Assembly: GCA_016906335.1 (NCBI GenBank)
Contig: JADEYG010000007.1
Coordinates: 1,984,001-2,048,000, forward strand
Source: Novakomyces olei
Taxonomy: Eukaryota
DNA length: 64,000 nt
Direction: 5' to 3'
The position numbers and the translations under genes were made by a program. Below are positions 1 through 11,949 of this stretch, one piece after another (within the stretch, counting starts at the first letter, position 1; the number at the start of each line of letters is the position of its first letter). The notes beneath the pieces are model-generated. The model did not search any database and had not been told where the DNA came from. It worked only from the letters and a program-made list of their open reading frames with translations.

Positions 1-1408
1 ACGAGGTCTCGCAAAGACGGCGACGAAGACGACTCTATGCAGGCAGTCGCGGCAGTAAGAAAAAGGCCGCTCAGCAATCGAGCAGGTGGACATTTGTTCT
101 CGGGAAAAGCCGGAAGACGAATAATGGAGCAAACACTGGATGAAGGAATGATGGAGGAGGACGGTCCGGCTTCAGCAGCAATCAGTGAAGAGCCTTCTTC
201 ACAGGACGAAAAGCTTTTATCGACACTGTACAAAGTCGCCTGCGCGAGTTATGCGCTTTCACGTTACTCTATTGACGATGCAATCACCATGTTTAAGTCT
301 CTGAGCAGCAATTTGCGGGAGTCAGAGACCGTCCTGGCACAACTGGCTATTGCTTACTACGAGGCTGCCCAGTACGAAGCAGCTAAAGACTGTTTTGCCA
401 AACTGCGGGCGATTGCACCTTACAGAACTCGCGGAATGGAAAAGTATTCGACCACACTTTGGCACTTGAACAAGGACGTAGAGCTCAGTTGCCTCGCCCG
501 TGATCTACTGCAGCAGGATCGCCTATCCCCTCAAGCCTGGTGCGCTATGAGCAACAGTCTCAGCCTGCACAAAGAGCATATTGCTGCTCTGAAATGTGTA
601 AAGAGGGCAATTCAATTAGATCCGGTTTTTGCCTATGCCTATACGATCCAGGGTCATGAATTGGTGGCCACTGAAGAGTTTGAAAAGGCACAAAACTCGT
701 ACCGGCAGGCGATTAGGGTAGATAAAAGGCATTACAACGCATGGTACGGATTAGGGATGGTATACTTGAAGATTGGGGATAATTCAGAGGCAGAGATTCA
801 TTTCCGTAATGCCGCAAAGATTAACCCTAACAATTCAGTGCTGCTCTGCTGTATCGGAATGGTAAGGGTTATATACACATCTCGTTTAATTGCCTATGCT
901 AATTGTAGATTATGGAGAGAAAGTCAGACCTTACAGAGGCACTTTCCATGTATCAGAAGGCTTCAAAGTTAGCGCCAAATTCGGCACTGGCCTTGTTCAA
1001 GCAGGCTAAAGTATTGATTGCATTGGGCAAAGTTGAGGTGAGGCAGCATATGAGAAGGTTCCAAAAAAGATCTTGAAAAAATAATAAAAGATAAAGAACA
1101 CGAATAACCCTTATTAATATTAAAAATTAAAATTGAAATAATACAATGAAGCATAATGCTAACATTTAGGTGGCTCTACGAATACTTGATTTCTTAAAGG
1201 ACATCGCTCCGGATGAAGCAAATGTGCATTTTTTGACGGGAAAGCTGTACGATTATGTCGGCGAAAAGACGCTGGCTCTAAGGCATTTTACGATCGCGGC
1301 CAATCTCGACAACAAAGCGAGTCATATTATTAAAGAAACGATCGGTAGGACATACTTTTGTTTGGTGGATTTGACTAACAATGCATTATAGAGCTGCTCA
1401 ACAGCTAG
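1..1408 (+). CDS. CDC27: Anaphase-promoting complex TPR subunit Cdc27/Nuc2 (APC3), 3' part; 5' end is outside the window
   Basis: TPR repeats with YSTTLWHL, SPQAWCA, FAYAYTIQGHE and RHYNAWYGLG. GT-AG introns at 862-908, 1038-1169 and 1345-1391; stop TAG at 1406-1408. Confidence 0.93.
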
Positions 1409-1608
1409 AAACGCTGTAGATATACCCTGTAAATAATATCGTTAACACAATCACAACAAGTATTCGTTCTGTAGTGAGACTGGCTTGTAGATCTGTAGAG
1501 TCATATGTCAAAGACAAATGTGGTTGTCTGAGAAAGCTATTTGAGAGTATATATTGTTAAAAAGCATCTCTTTATGTACTAGGTCGATCTGATTAGTCAG
1601 ATAGAATA

Positions 1609-1696
1609 GCCCATTTAGCATAGTGGTATTGCGTTGCACTCGTACTGACAAAGTTGATTAATGCAGAGGTCGGGAGTTCGAATCTTCCAATGGGCA
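1609..1696 (+). tRNA. tRNA-Thr(CGT) with a 16-nt intron (1645-1660)
   Basis: Acceptor stem GCCCATT/AATGGGC plus discriminator A; D-arm with TAGTGG; anticodon stem TTGCA/TGCAG with loop CT-CGT-A; intron after position 37; T-loop GTTCGAATC; T-run shortly downstream. Confidence 0.93.
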
Positions 1697-2124
1697 AAAA
1701 TTTAAATTTTTATTATTATTTTTCTCTATAATCATGGAGCTACAAGATTATTATGTCATACTGCTATATCGCTTTATTGCATTATTTTTAAATTATTCTT
1801 TTTAGTATTGTTAATTGTAGTTTTCGATAGCAAGTCGAGCAGGCGGGGCAGTGCTAATTATATCCACCATTCTCAGCAGCAAAAGTCAGGCAGAAGAATG
1901 TTTTGGTTTTAGGGACAGCAAAACTAGCTGACTCTCTAAACTGCAGTTGCGCAGCTGCGATTTCGCTCGAAAAGCTCGCAACTTGCTGCGTACAACTTAC
2001 GCCTTTTCCTCGAATTGCTGAAAATAAATTAATAGCCAAAATTGGGCGACGAAGTTTCGGCTTCGACCCCAATTCGCCAGCAGCAGCAAACAGCCTTTCT
2101 GCACGACTCGTTAATGCCTCAAAA

Positions 2125-2931
2125 ATGGCTCATTACGCAAAGCAATGGACTGCCCTAGAGTCGTTTCAGCGAGAACTGCTGAGCAAAGAAGAAGGACGTC
2201 TCACAGGTTTCCCCGGCAAAGATCGGTACGTGGATGTACGGCCGTACGCGAAGAACTGTGTCTCTCTCAGAGACGGCACTTATGTAAATGCTTCAGGGAT
2301 CAAATGTTTGAATGGACACTTTATTGCTACTCAAGGACCTTTGCCACAAACGGTTCCTGATTTCTGGCGACTTGTATGGGAGCAAGGCGTATCGTGCATC
2401 GTTATGCTGACTGCTCTGAGAGACGGACTCCGGGAAAAATGTGCTAAATATTGGTGTGAGGAGGGCGTATTTACTGCCGGTGGGTTAAATGTGACTTTGG
2501 CAAAAGTCGAGTCTATTCCTCTGTCTTTCCAATCGCCACGTGGCACTGAAGAATGCATTACTAAAAGGCATTTCAATGTCACCAGTGGCACAGAGTCACG
2601 GAGCATCGTCCAGCTACAAATTTCTCACTGGGTCGACCATGGCGGGTTTGATGGGACGGAGCCTTTATTGGAGATTTTGGATGCAGTGCAACAGCAAATC
2701 TCTTCTTACCCGGTGCTGGTTCACTGCTCAGCGGGCTGTGGGCGAACGGGAACACTGATTGCGGCCCTGGAAATTGCAAACACGCCCAACTCTGTTTTGG
2801 CTTCAACGTTTGGCGAGGATCCAGTTTATGGTGTCGTTGAGCAGTTGCGTAGTCAGCGACTTTTTATGGTGCAGACAAGGGCTCAATTGAACCTTTTGTA
2901 CGATTTGTACAAGCACAAGCTTGAGCGTTGA
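2125..2931 (+). CDS. Classical protein tyrosine phosphatase (Ptp1/Pyp-like)
   Basis: KDRY, YVNAS, FIATQGP, DFWRLVWE, KCAKYW, WVD loop, HCSAGCGRTG and MVQT motifs. First in-frame ATG is at 2125. Confidence 0.9.
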   Translation: MAHYAKQWTALESFQRELLSKEEGRLTGFPGKDRYVDVRPYAKNCVSLRDGTYVNASGIKCLNGHFIATQGPLPQTVPDFWRLVWEQGVSCIVMLTALRDGLREKCAKYWCEEGVFTAGGLNVTLAKVESIPLSFQSPRGTEECITKRHFNVTSGTESRSIVQLQISHWVDHGGFDGTEPLLEILDAVQQQISSYPVLVHCSAGCGRTGTLIAALEIANTPNSVLASTFGEDPVYGVVEQLRSQRLFMVQTRAQLNLLYDLYKHKLER

Positions 2932-2946
2932 TTGTGGCAGTAGATG

Positions 2947-2969
2947 TAAATAATAAATAAATAAATTAA

Positions 2970-3048
<79 letters not shown>

Positions 3049-3050
3049 AT
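2947..3050. repeat. (TAAA)n microsatellite
   Basis: Near-perfect TAAA run directly after the PTP stop. Confidence 0.97.
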
Positions 3051-3253
3051 TCAACCTGCAGTGGTGCACTATTGCTACTGACGAAAAGGCTATACGCTGA
3101 CAAAACATCTATTCTCTTCTACTGAATGGTATTCAATTATAGTCCGTATCTAGCACAGCCTGCTTTTAACCTCCAACCAAGTCTCAGGGTTAGTTAGGGT
3201 TTAATGTACATGCAACCAAAATTACGTGTTTGCTCACGCTTCTTTACAGGATA

Positions 3254-6200
3254 TCATATCTTTGCCTCTGCAGGAGACGAGCCCAAATCCGGTGACGCTT
3301 CTCTGGGCTCCTCGACAGCTAAATTTTCCTCCGTGACTGATTTATCGTCGGCATTTAATTTCTTCTTTTTCTTTGCCGGTGAGACCTTCCCGTCAGCCGG
3401 GCCAGTCCCACCGTCAGGCCTGACTAGTTTCCCACGTTTCTGTGGAGCCTGAATCTTCCCGGAAGGCAGAATCCTCAATTTCCCACTCCTTGCCTTTACA
3501 GCAGGACTGTCTTCATCGTCGGGCAGCTCTTTAAGCCTCGCACCGTCACCAAGCCCGTCCAATTTGGCGTGTAGAAAAGGACGTATTAGCCCAATTTGCA
3601 GTCTTATATTGTCAGAGCTGATAGGTACAAACTTGGGCGGCCGTTCGTACGGGTGGTGGCGTCTCCTTTGCCGTCTACGTCGGCTCCCATCGGCCTCGTA
3701 TTCGATATCTTCGTCCTCGTCAGCGGCCAGTCCCTCACCGTCTCCATTATTTCCAGCCATAGAGGAGCGGAGACGGCCCTGCATCAGGCTCAGGGGCACA
3801 GAGAGCGTGTCCAGCCCAAACTCCTTGTCCAGCCCAAGTTCTCGGAACCCGAAAAAGTCTTCGCCAATATCGTCCGTAAAGTCGCCCGAGAGAAACGTGT
3901 CCGGAGCAGATTCGCCAAAGATCCGTGTCTCTGCCGAGAGCCCGGCTACTGCAGGCCGAAGCATATCGCCCAGGTACTTTTGCATTTTTGCTTGGCCGTC
4001 CTCGAGACGGGAGTCGTACCGCTCAACAGATTCAGCAACGTACTTGTCCAGATCCGACAGCCTGCCGACTCCACTCACGGCCAGCGTTTTAAGTAGCACC
4101 GTCCTTGACAGAGCACCACTATCCGTGCCAAAGCCGTGCGGCTCACTCGAGCTGGCCCGTCCATTCACGCTCTTTTTCTCTATTTTTTCTGCCCTTTTTT
4201 CTGCCCTTGTTTCCCTTTTTCCCCTTTTTCCCCTTTTTCCCCTTGTTTCAGCCTCGTTTTCCCGGACTAGACCGGCTTCGTAGTGCACCTGAAAAGCTTT
4301 GCCCAGTTTTGTAAAGTACTCCTGTACGACCTGCACAACGGTGGACAGCGAGGCCTCCTGGAACGCCTCAAAGCCTGCGTGGAAGAGGACGAGAGCACAG
4401 CACCGTGCCAGTAATGCAGCCGGCAGCTCCGCATTGTACGGCCCAGACCGCCTTCCGTCAGTCCCGTCAGCGCCCGGCTCCAAGACGAGCTCTGGCTCTG
4501 CGAAATCAGTGACCTCGACCTCCCAGGCATCGTTGCCGTCCGGTCCGGATCGGAGAGGGAACGCTGGCAGTCCCTGCTGCATCTGCCGCACTGTCGCAAT
4601 CTTGTGGCACGTCTTTCTCAGCCTCTGTATCCGCCTACAGCTCTCTACCATCCTCTGCAGCACTGCACTCGGCGGGAAAGTCTCCTCCACTCGGAGGGGA
4701 CTGGCAGTGCCTTGTGAGCCAATAGCTTTGCTCCCTGAGCAGTCTGGAAAGGCACAGACAGGGTTGTACTGCAAAAGAACACTGAGCATTAATGCCTGGT
4801 CAAGAGACACGTCCTCGTCTTCCTCGTCCTTCTCTTCTACGTCCTTCTCCTCTACGTCTTCCTTGTCCTTGTCCTTGTCCTTGTCCTCCTCCGTATACAG
4901 CTTCTCTCCCTCTGCGTACCGAGTCATTGCGCTCCTTGTCCGGCACAGTGCTGGAGCTTCAGAGGCCAGTTTGAAGCCCTGGAAGAGCTTTGAACGGCGT
5001 GTGCTCTGAGCTGCCCTTTCACGCTTCGTAGCACGTGCCCAGTACTGGAAATCCAGGTCGCCCTCGTCGTCGTCCCTCTCTGCCTTTGCCAGCTGCTCTG
5101 CATTAGCAGACAGCACTTGCTTCTCGTGCTTTTCTTTGGCCTCTGCCTCTTTTGCGTCTTCCCTCGGAGTCGTTTCCGTCTCTGCAGGCGTCTGCTCATC
5201 CGCCTGAACAGTCTCCCCTGTTTGCTCTCTCGACAAGTCCCTTGAATAGTCTTCTGTCGGATCTTCAGTTTGCTCTTCTGTCGGCTCTTCAGTTTGTTCT
5301 GTTTGCTCTTCTATTTGCTCTGTTTGCTCTTCTGTTTGTTCTTCTGAATTTTCTACAGTTGCCGCGTTCTTTTCATCATCCTTACTGTGCTCTTCCTCGT
5401 CAGACTCATGAGCTTCTCCTTCGCCTTGAGCGGCTTGGTGCTTTGCTGGGAGCAGCGGCCTTTGCGACTGAGGTACTTTTTTACATGACTGAGTATGATG
5501 CTGCTGCTGCTGTTGCTGCTGCGGAGTACCACTCGACCCGTCATCACTGTCGTTGGGGCCACCCGTGTCCTTTTGGCCACTCGCCCTTGATCCCGTGTCC
5601 CTACTATCCTCTTCCTCCCGCTCCACATCTGCCCGCATCTTAACGGCAATATTAGGCACGAGTGGAAGCAGGCTGTTCGTCTTCTTTTGCATCGCAAAAG
5701 CATGCCTGCGCAAGAAATGGTTCGGGTCTGCATTGTATAGTAGACAGTTTGACCATATAAGGCTCAAATCATCCTCAAACTCTTTTTTGCTCTTGTACTC
5801 TAGCGCTTTTAGCTTTTTCATTACCGTCCCAAGGTCCATTGGATGCTTTATTACACTCGCATAGTCTGGAGCCTCGCGTTTACTGACGCGCGAGAGGAAG
5901 GGCGTCGAGTGTTCAGTGTAAGCGCGTAACTCCAGCACGACTTTTTCAGCTGCCTCGTAAAGCTCTTCCTGTCCAATCCGCTCATCGCTCGCCCATTTGC
6001 TCCTGTTTTTACGAACATCCTGGAAAAGCAGCCGCAGTTCCGAATCGGAGATGGAAAGAGAATCCCGCTTGGCTTCAATAGAGGAAAGCAAATGTTTGAG
6101 CGATAATGTGGCTGCTCCAAACATGCCCTGGCTCAGCGCACCGTCACCTGAACCCACATTATCTTGCTGATCTGCCAGGTCGAGAGACGTCTGCTCCAGA

Positions 6201-6895
6201 ACTGCGTCTTTGTCGTACTCCAGCGTATGGTAAATACGAAGCGAGGCCAGCGCGTGCTCCAGTTCTTGAGCTGACGTCATTTCTATAGCCACGCCTTGTC
6301 CTCGCGCACCAGCACTGTCATTTACCGCAATTTGATTGGGTTGAGTGATGGCATTTGAGCTCTTTGCATCTCCAAGCTTGCCTTCAGTTTCTACCGTCTT
6401 TTCCCCTTCAACTTCCATTTCAGTCTCGGCATCATCTTGGCTTTGCCGTTTATTTTCAGTATCATTTTGAATGCTATCTTGTCCATTTTCTTCCTCGTCT
6501 TCGTCCTCATCCTCGTCATAATCGTCTTGGACTATTCTCCGTCCGCCTGCTGATGCCGGCAACTGCGCAGGCGGAGAAGAGGAAGCATTAGCACTTGGCA
6601 TATTACTTGAGCGCGGTGAAACACTGCCTGAAAGCTCTGCGTCCGACAGCATACAGCGACAGCGGAAAATAAACGTTACTGCATCGAATTCATCCGGTAA
6701 ATTCACAACATTTTGCAGCTTTTGTAGTCTGACCAAAAGAGCAGTTTCTGCATCGTCGCTGAAAAAAACAGAGCTTGGCTCATCGCCTGCAATATTCTGA
6801 AATAATTTATATTGCAATTTCGTAAGGTACGATTTCCAGATTTCTGTCTGCGCGACTCTGCGTATAAAATCGTCCATACCCGGTAAGGGATCCAT
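3254..6895 (-). CDS. SPT7: SAGA complex bromodomain subunit Spt7
   Basis: RSKWASDERIGQEELYEAAEKV; bromodomain (STPFLSRVSKREAPDY...PMDLGT...WSNCLLYN); histone-fold region; GEDFFGFRELGLD. Confidence 0.93.
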   Translation of the reverse strand: MDPLPGMDDFIRRVAQTEIWKSYLTKLQYKLFQNIAGDEPSSVFFSDDAETALLVRLQKLQNVVNLPDEFDAVTFIFRCRCMLSDAELSGSVSPRSSNMPSANASSSPPAQLPASAGGRRIVQDDYDEDEDEDEEENGQDSIQNDTENKRQSQDDAETEMEVEGEKTVETEGKLGDAKSSNAITQPNQIAVNDSAGARGQGVAIEMTSAQELEHALASLRIYHTLEYDKDAVLEQTSLDLADQQDNVGSGDGALSQGMFGAATLSLKHLLSSIEAKRDSLSISDSELRLLFQDVRKNRSKWASDERIGQEELYEAAEKVVLELRAYTEHSTPFLSRVSKREAPDYASVIKHPMDLGTVMKKLKALEYKSKKEFEDDLSLIWSNCLLYNADPNHFLRRHAFAMQKKTNSLLPLVPNIAVKMRADVEREEEDSRDTGSRASGQKDTGGPNDSDDGSSGTPQQQQQQQHHTQSCKKVPQSQRPLLPAKHQAAQGEGEAHESDEEEHSKDDEKNAATVENSEEQTEEQTEQIEEQTEQTEEPTEEQTEDPTEDYSRDLSREQTGETVQADEQTPAETETTPREDAKEAEAKEKHEKQVLSANAEQLAKAERDDDEGDLDFQYWARATKRERAAQSTRRSKLFQGFKLASEAPALCRTRSAMTRYAEGEKLYTEEDKDKDKDKEDVEEKDVEEKDEEDEDVSLDQALMLSVLLQYNPVCAFPDCSGSKAIGSQGTASPLRVEETFPPSAVLQRMVESCRRIQRLRKTCHKIATVRQMQQGLPAFPLRSGPDGNDAWEVEVTDFAEPELVLEPGADGTDGRRSGPYNAELPAALLARCCALVLFHAGFEAFQEASLSTVVQVVQEYFTKLGKAFQVHYEAGLVRENEAETRGKRGKRGKRETRAEKRAEKIEKKSVNGRASSSEPHGFGTDSGALSRTVLLKTLAVSGVGRLSDLDKYVAESVERYDSRLEDGQAKMQKYLGDMLRPAVAGLSAETRIFGESAPDTFLSGDFTDDIGEDFFGFRELGLDKEFGLDTLSVPLSLMQGRLRSSMAGNNGDGEGLAADEDEDIEYEADGSRRRRQRRRHHPYERPPKFVPISSDNIRLQIGLIRPFLHAKLDGLGDGARLKELPDDEDSPAVKARSGKLRILPSGKIQAPQKRGKLVRPDGGTGPADGKVSPAKKKKKLNADDKSVTEENLAVEEPREASPDLGSSPAEAKI

Positions 6896-7337
6896 CTTTG
6901 CGGGTAAGCAAAAGTGTCAAAGGCGTCGCGTCGCTTTGCAATAGAGCCTTCAAGACCAACGCGCAACTTCCCACAAAGATGTTTCTTTCTAATGTTACGA
7001 TCCCTTTGCTGGCCGTGTAAAACGCTATGCTACACTTGGCCCTCTTGTTCAACGTTTTGCAGATTGCGCGCCATATATACAGAGTTGAAAAGCTTCGCAA
7101 CAAACGTTATTAGCTGTATGTTAGCGGTGCGCAATTGAAAAAGACGCCAAGTCGCTAATCGGCCGCGTATTGTATAGAATCGATGAGCTCTCACTCGGCA
7201 CTCTAGTGACTAATTGATTGCTTTATTTTAAATATATAAATCTCGACAAAAATAATAATAATAATAATAATGAACAAAATAAGCGTGATTATTTTAATCA
7301 AAATTATTATAATTTGTTCAAAAAGCAAAATTCCAGC

Positions 7338-8519
7338 ATGAGCCAGTCTCAGTTCGCGGCTCTTTTGCGGGCGTCGCGACTCGTCACGCTCGCAAATCGG
7401 ATATCGAATCCGCCTCAGAATAGCAGAAACAATGTTCTGACTCAGCCGACACATCAAATCTTATCCGCTCCGCCACGAGCTCAAGCTCGTGGTGAATGGG
7501 GCCTGAAACGATCACTTCCTCAGAGTCTCAAGGCCGATAGTGTTACAGTGGAAGCACTGGATACGTTTGAGCATCAAACGGAGTTTGAGCCGGCAAAGCG
7601 ATTGGCGCGGCTAGCAGAGTTCTTACAGGAGACAGATCTCAAGATGGGAGGAGGCAATGATAGAGATCGTGTGGCAGCTCGAGACGAAAGAAGGCATACA
7701 AGGAATCGAGGAGACACCGAGACTGAGCACAGTACTGAAAAGGCGGCCAATGCAGTGGGAAACGAAGACGGACTTAAAGCGTCCAAAAAGGTTCCGGCAC
7801 AAAACGTAGTCGAGTTGCAGGATATGAGCTGCAGAGAAATGCAAAAGTTTGTTCGGCGGTGTAGTGCCCAGCGCGACGCCTTTTACAGTTCAAGAGGCCA
7901 AGAAAATAATAGGAAAAATCACAGCCAAGTGTCCTTGCATGAAGCTGAGCAATTTCTCCACTTGCAGTCAGGCAAAGGCAGACGGTTGCATGCTACCGGA
8001 GGACTCGTTTACTGTGGCAATAATCTCTTGTCATCCGCAGAACCCATACAGCGGGCTAATGGAGAAGTGGTATACGAAACTCCTTTCCGGGCCCGAGTGC
8101 TGGGCCGGAATTATCAGGGCAATGATCTATTAATTGGCTTTGGAGGTATTGTGGCCCGGCTCCCCGTGGGCCGCATGACCCGTGCTCGTTATGAGCAGTT
8201 TGAGGAGATTGATGTGTACGTACGAAGGTCGTCTATGGACGACGCTGGCCGGCTTTTCATCGAACTTTCTACGAGTCCGGCTGTACAAAATAGATCACAT
8301 TTAGCGTCTCAGAATGGAGCTCAATCATGGAACAATTTATTCCGCAGCAGCCGGCTTCGGACTGCTCAAGAAAATCAGGCCCGAAATGCTCCCAACTCTA
8401 AGGCTGTCCTCGATAATCTGCGTGAGGCAGTATTTATGTCCCGGAGTCAAAACGAATCCTCTGCCCTGCCTGCTCAAGGCGCCAGAAGGAGTTCAGCAAA
8501 GTCGTTTACTCAAGACTAA
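7338..8519 (+). CDS. MRP51: Mitochondrial ribosomal small-subunit protein Mrp51 (bS1m)
   Basis: FAALLRASRL...PTHQIL...RGEWGLKRSLP...LDTFEHQTEFE matches the recalled Mrp51 N-terminal motifs; ATG at 7338. Confidence 0.8.
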   Translation: MSQSQFAALLRASRLVTLANRISNPPQNSRNNVLTQPTHQILSAPPRAQARGEWGLKRSLPQSLKADSVTVEALDTFEHQTEFEPAKRLARLAEFLQETDLKMGGGNDRDRVAARDERRHTRNRGDTETEHSTEKAANAVGNEDGLKASKKVPAQNVVELQDMSCREMQKFVRRCSAQRDAFYSSRGQENNRKNHSQVSLHEAEQFLHLQSGKGRRLHATGGLVYCGNNLLSSAEPIQRANGEVVYETPFRARVLGRNYQGNDLLIGFGGIVARLPVGRMTRARYEQFEEIDVYVRRSSMDDAGRLFIELSTSPAVQNRSHLASQNGAQSWNNLFRSSRLRTAQENQARNAPNSKAVLDNLREAVFMSRSQNESSALPAQGARRSSAKSFTQD

Positions 8520-8774
8520 ATATGGGTAAACGCACATACGTATACCTCTTTGTCATTGATTGCCCTTGTACTCATTGTTGCAATGTAGTCTCGATGAATA
8601 GAGCAAATTTATACAAAAGTGTATATAGAGCTATGTATACATTTGAATGATACTATAAACAAATATTGCTTATTACAACGTATATTTAAATACTAAAATC
8701 CCGAAAAGAAAAAGTTGGTTAAAAGCAATCCAAACTATCGCAAATACCACTATACCAGACATAGTATATACAAA

Positions 8775-9934
8775 TCACGCCCGTACGTCTTTCATATCAT
8801 AAACCCGACCACGTACTTGCTGCATGTAATCCGAAGAAGCACCTCCCCATTTTTTAGAACTCTTTTGACGCAAATTCTGTTCTCTCTCTTCATCCCGACG
8901 CGACTGCTCGTCAATTTGCTCTACACGATCCCGCCGACTTTGATTCAGATCACGTGCATGTTGTTGCATCTCTGCAAGCCTTCTTTCCCGCTCTTCATAA
9001 CCGTTTTTATCAGAAATTGATGCACTTTGCTTGTCCATGGAAGATGGTCGTCTGTCCGGTGATCTGTCTCGTGAATAGTCTCCACGTAATCGCTCATCGT
9101 CCTGTCTGGCTCTGTAAGCTGATCTCCGCTCGTCTCGGTAATCATGCCGATCATCCCGTCGACGCTCACGTTCAGTATCCCGATACCTATCCCGTGTCCG
9201 TTCCCTCGAATCATCGTCCCTCGAATCATCACGGTCGCGTCCATGGGCCCTGTGATCCCTCGAGTAATCATGACGACGGCGATCATGGTGCCGGTGATCT
9301 TTGTGCCGGTGCTCATGATGCCTATCGCGACTAGACTCCGCTGTAGTTAACCGTCTCTTATAAATCGGATTTCTTGCGACTAAATCCAAATGAGCTTGTT
9401 CTTGTTTTTTGATTGCAAAAAGTGGATCATCTCGAACTTTGCTAGCCGTGTCTCGTACAGGATTCATGTTTTGCACAGCCATGAATGAGCCACCGGCGAT
9501 AGCACTGCTGTTGCTGTTGCTATTCACCGCTGTGCCCAGCGTATCAATACGATCCTTACTTTCGTCCTTAAATAAGTCGTCTACCCGCTTGCGGCCCAGT
9601 AGATATTCTTCCATGCTGTCGCTTGTACCTTCGCCACCACCTCCACCGGCACCGGGAGCCGCATACATCCACTCTACACGGTCTCTGCGCTTTTTGCCTG
9701 TAGCAGCTTCTTGCATACGCTCCATCTCCTGGACCATACGCTCTTCCTGGATCTGCTTACGCAGCTCTGCCATCTTTTTCCGTTCCGCCGCGTCTTCTTG
9801 CTCGGCCTTCCATACCTGCTCCTGGTTCTTGAGCAGTACTGGATGCCTGTTTTCCGTTAGCATTCGCTACATTTCAAATGTACAAAAAGGTAAACTTACC
9901 AGCTCTTTTTCATATTCAAGTTTCCGCCACCCAT
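8775..9934 (-). CDS. CWC25: Pre-mRNA splicing factor Cwc25
   Basis: Exon 1 (9934-9900) plus intron 9899-9847 gives MGGGNLNMKKSWHP; also VEWMY, EEYLLG, KVRDDPL and an RD-rich tail. Confidence 0.93.
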
Positions 9935-10215
9935 CTTGAATGTACTGACCCGATGTACTGTACCTCGAATACGGCAGGTTTGTCGACGAGTAAGCGCAGA
10001 CTCTGTGTGATCAGATTCGTTTGGATTGGAGATATTCCCGCGTATTATTTATTATTTATTAGCCGTATAATAATGCACTGCGTAATATATGTTCAGACAG
10101 GCATTAACGAGGGTTAGGGTTAATATTGAATTTGCTATATAGCTCTAGACAGAGAAAACCCTGTACAAATGGCCACGTAAGAAATGACGAAGGCAACGTT
10201 GAGCGCAATCACGAA

Positions 10216-11503
10216 ATGGACGTGGACGAGCATTTGGTTTCGCTGGCGGCGCTGGTGCAGGATGCACCTGCATTAGCATCGCACACAGCAGAGTTAGAAA
10301 AGATACAGCAGCAGTACAATTCACGGTAAGCAGATAACATGTTTACGGACGGCATTGGGACTGATCAGAAAGGCTATGGAAGCAGCTGACGGACAGCATT
10401 GTCCAATTGTTCTCACAACCAGAATCAGCACCGGTCAGAGTGCGTGTATTCGAGCAGTTTGTGCTACAGATTGGCTCCAAACTGAATGCTCTGCGGCTGG
10501 TAGAGCTGGGACTGACTGCCTATGCGCAGATTCAAGGTACGTAATCGTCCTTCTTGCCTGCTCTATTCTAACCATCTCTCAGACCCAGCAATGGTTATTT
10601 CCAAACTGAAGCGTGTAGCAGAAAAAGCCAGCATTTCCGACGGTGATATCGCCTACGTTCTTTTGCGAACAGAGGTGGCACGGCAAACTATGCTGCGTGG
10701 AGAAATCTCAGAAGCAAAGTCGATCCTGGACGAATGTGGCCGTGCTTTGGATCTGTTTGACACAGTAGAAACGCCCGTGCACGCGGCTTATTATTGCGTA
10801 CTCGCAGATTTTCATAAGGTATCTAAACTCGTAACAGCAATTTATTTTGTGTCTAACGATAAAGGCAAAAGCAGAGTATTCCTCTTTCTACCGTACCTCC
10901 TTACTCTACCTTGCTTGCGTCGACCTGCCGCAACTTTCGCTGAAAGACGTTCATGCACGAGCGGTGGATATCAGTATAGCCGCATTGCTTGGCGATATAT
11001 ATAATTTTGGCGAGCTGCTACTTCATCCTATTCTTGAATACTTGCGGGATACGCCAGACGCATATCTTGGAGAACTGCTGGTGACTTTGAACGCTGGTGA
11101 TGTTCGCGCCTTTGAGCGATTAGGTCCCGCTGTGGCAGCTCACCCGCTACTGGCCTCTTCTGGAGCTTTTCTGCGCCAGAAAATATGTCTAATGGCTCTG
11201 ATTGAGATGATTTTTCAGCGGCCGCCTACCGATCGTACGCTCACGTTTAATGCGATTGCACGTGAATCTTCGTTGCCGGAATATGAGGTCGAGTACCTTG
11301 TCATGAAGGCTCTTAGCTTGGATATTGTGCGAGGCAGTATTGACCAGGTGCGCCGCCTGTTCAAGGTGACATGGGTACAGCCACGGGTACTAAACCTTGC
11401 TCAAGTCGAATCAATGCGGAGTCGGCTTGTGGAGTGGGAAAGCGGCGTTCAGCAGACGGCAGGCTTTGTCGATACTCAGGGCCGTGAGATTTGGACGGCG
11501 TAG
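10216..11503 (+). CDS. RPN9: 26S proteasome lid subunit Rpn9
   Basis: Spliced RLWKQLT; YNFGELLLHPIL, LRQKICLMALIE, VMKALSL..GSIDQV and WVQPRVL PCI motifs; three short introns. Confidence 0.93.
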
Positions 11504-11949
11504 TTTGATAAAAGAAGTTTATAATGTAAGCATTTAAATATTTGTCTGTATTGTAATGGCCGTGGATTTTCTTGGATTATATCGTTTGTAGAATTATTTG
11601 TAAAATTGTTCATCGCATTAATGGTAGCAGACCAACTTGGCATAACAGGTCTACACTGCCGAGTAATATATTACACTTTCTAGTTATTGCAAATTTTATT
11701 ACTAAAGTTATTATAGAAGTTAACATGTGCTGCGTTCATTGATAAGCAGTAATTTTTACATTGAATATGAATTATAGAAAATCAAAGGTTAACAAGTACG
11801 GCAGGCAGTATAAAGGTCACAGTTATAAAAAATTGGACGTGTGTAACTGGGAAAATGTCTATTTCTCGTGCTTGAACCACATTAACAACTTCACTGCCAC
11901 ATGTACAAGTACTGTACAGTATGGACGTCTGACCTAAGCGTAATAAAAG

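Noticed and set aside
1903-2124. N-terminal extension of the PTP ORF (also the ORF-track extensions of MRP51, RAX1 and RER2)
   Set aside because: These start at non-ATG codons or run through AT-rich UTR-like sequence; homology starts at downstream ATGs.
2803-3108. ORF with YLFI repeats
   Set aside because: Artefact of the (TAAA)n microsatellite.
3564-5864. Long antisense ORFs over SPT7 (and similar ones over RPB2 and HRD3)
   Set aside because: Shadow ORFs of GC-rich coding sequence with no recognisable domains.
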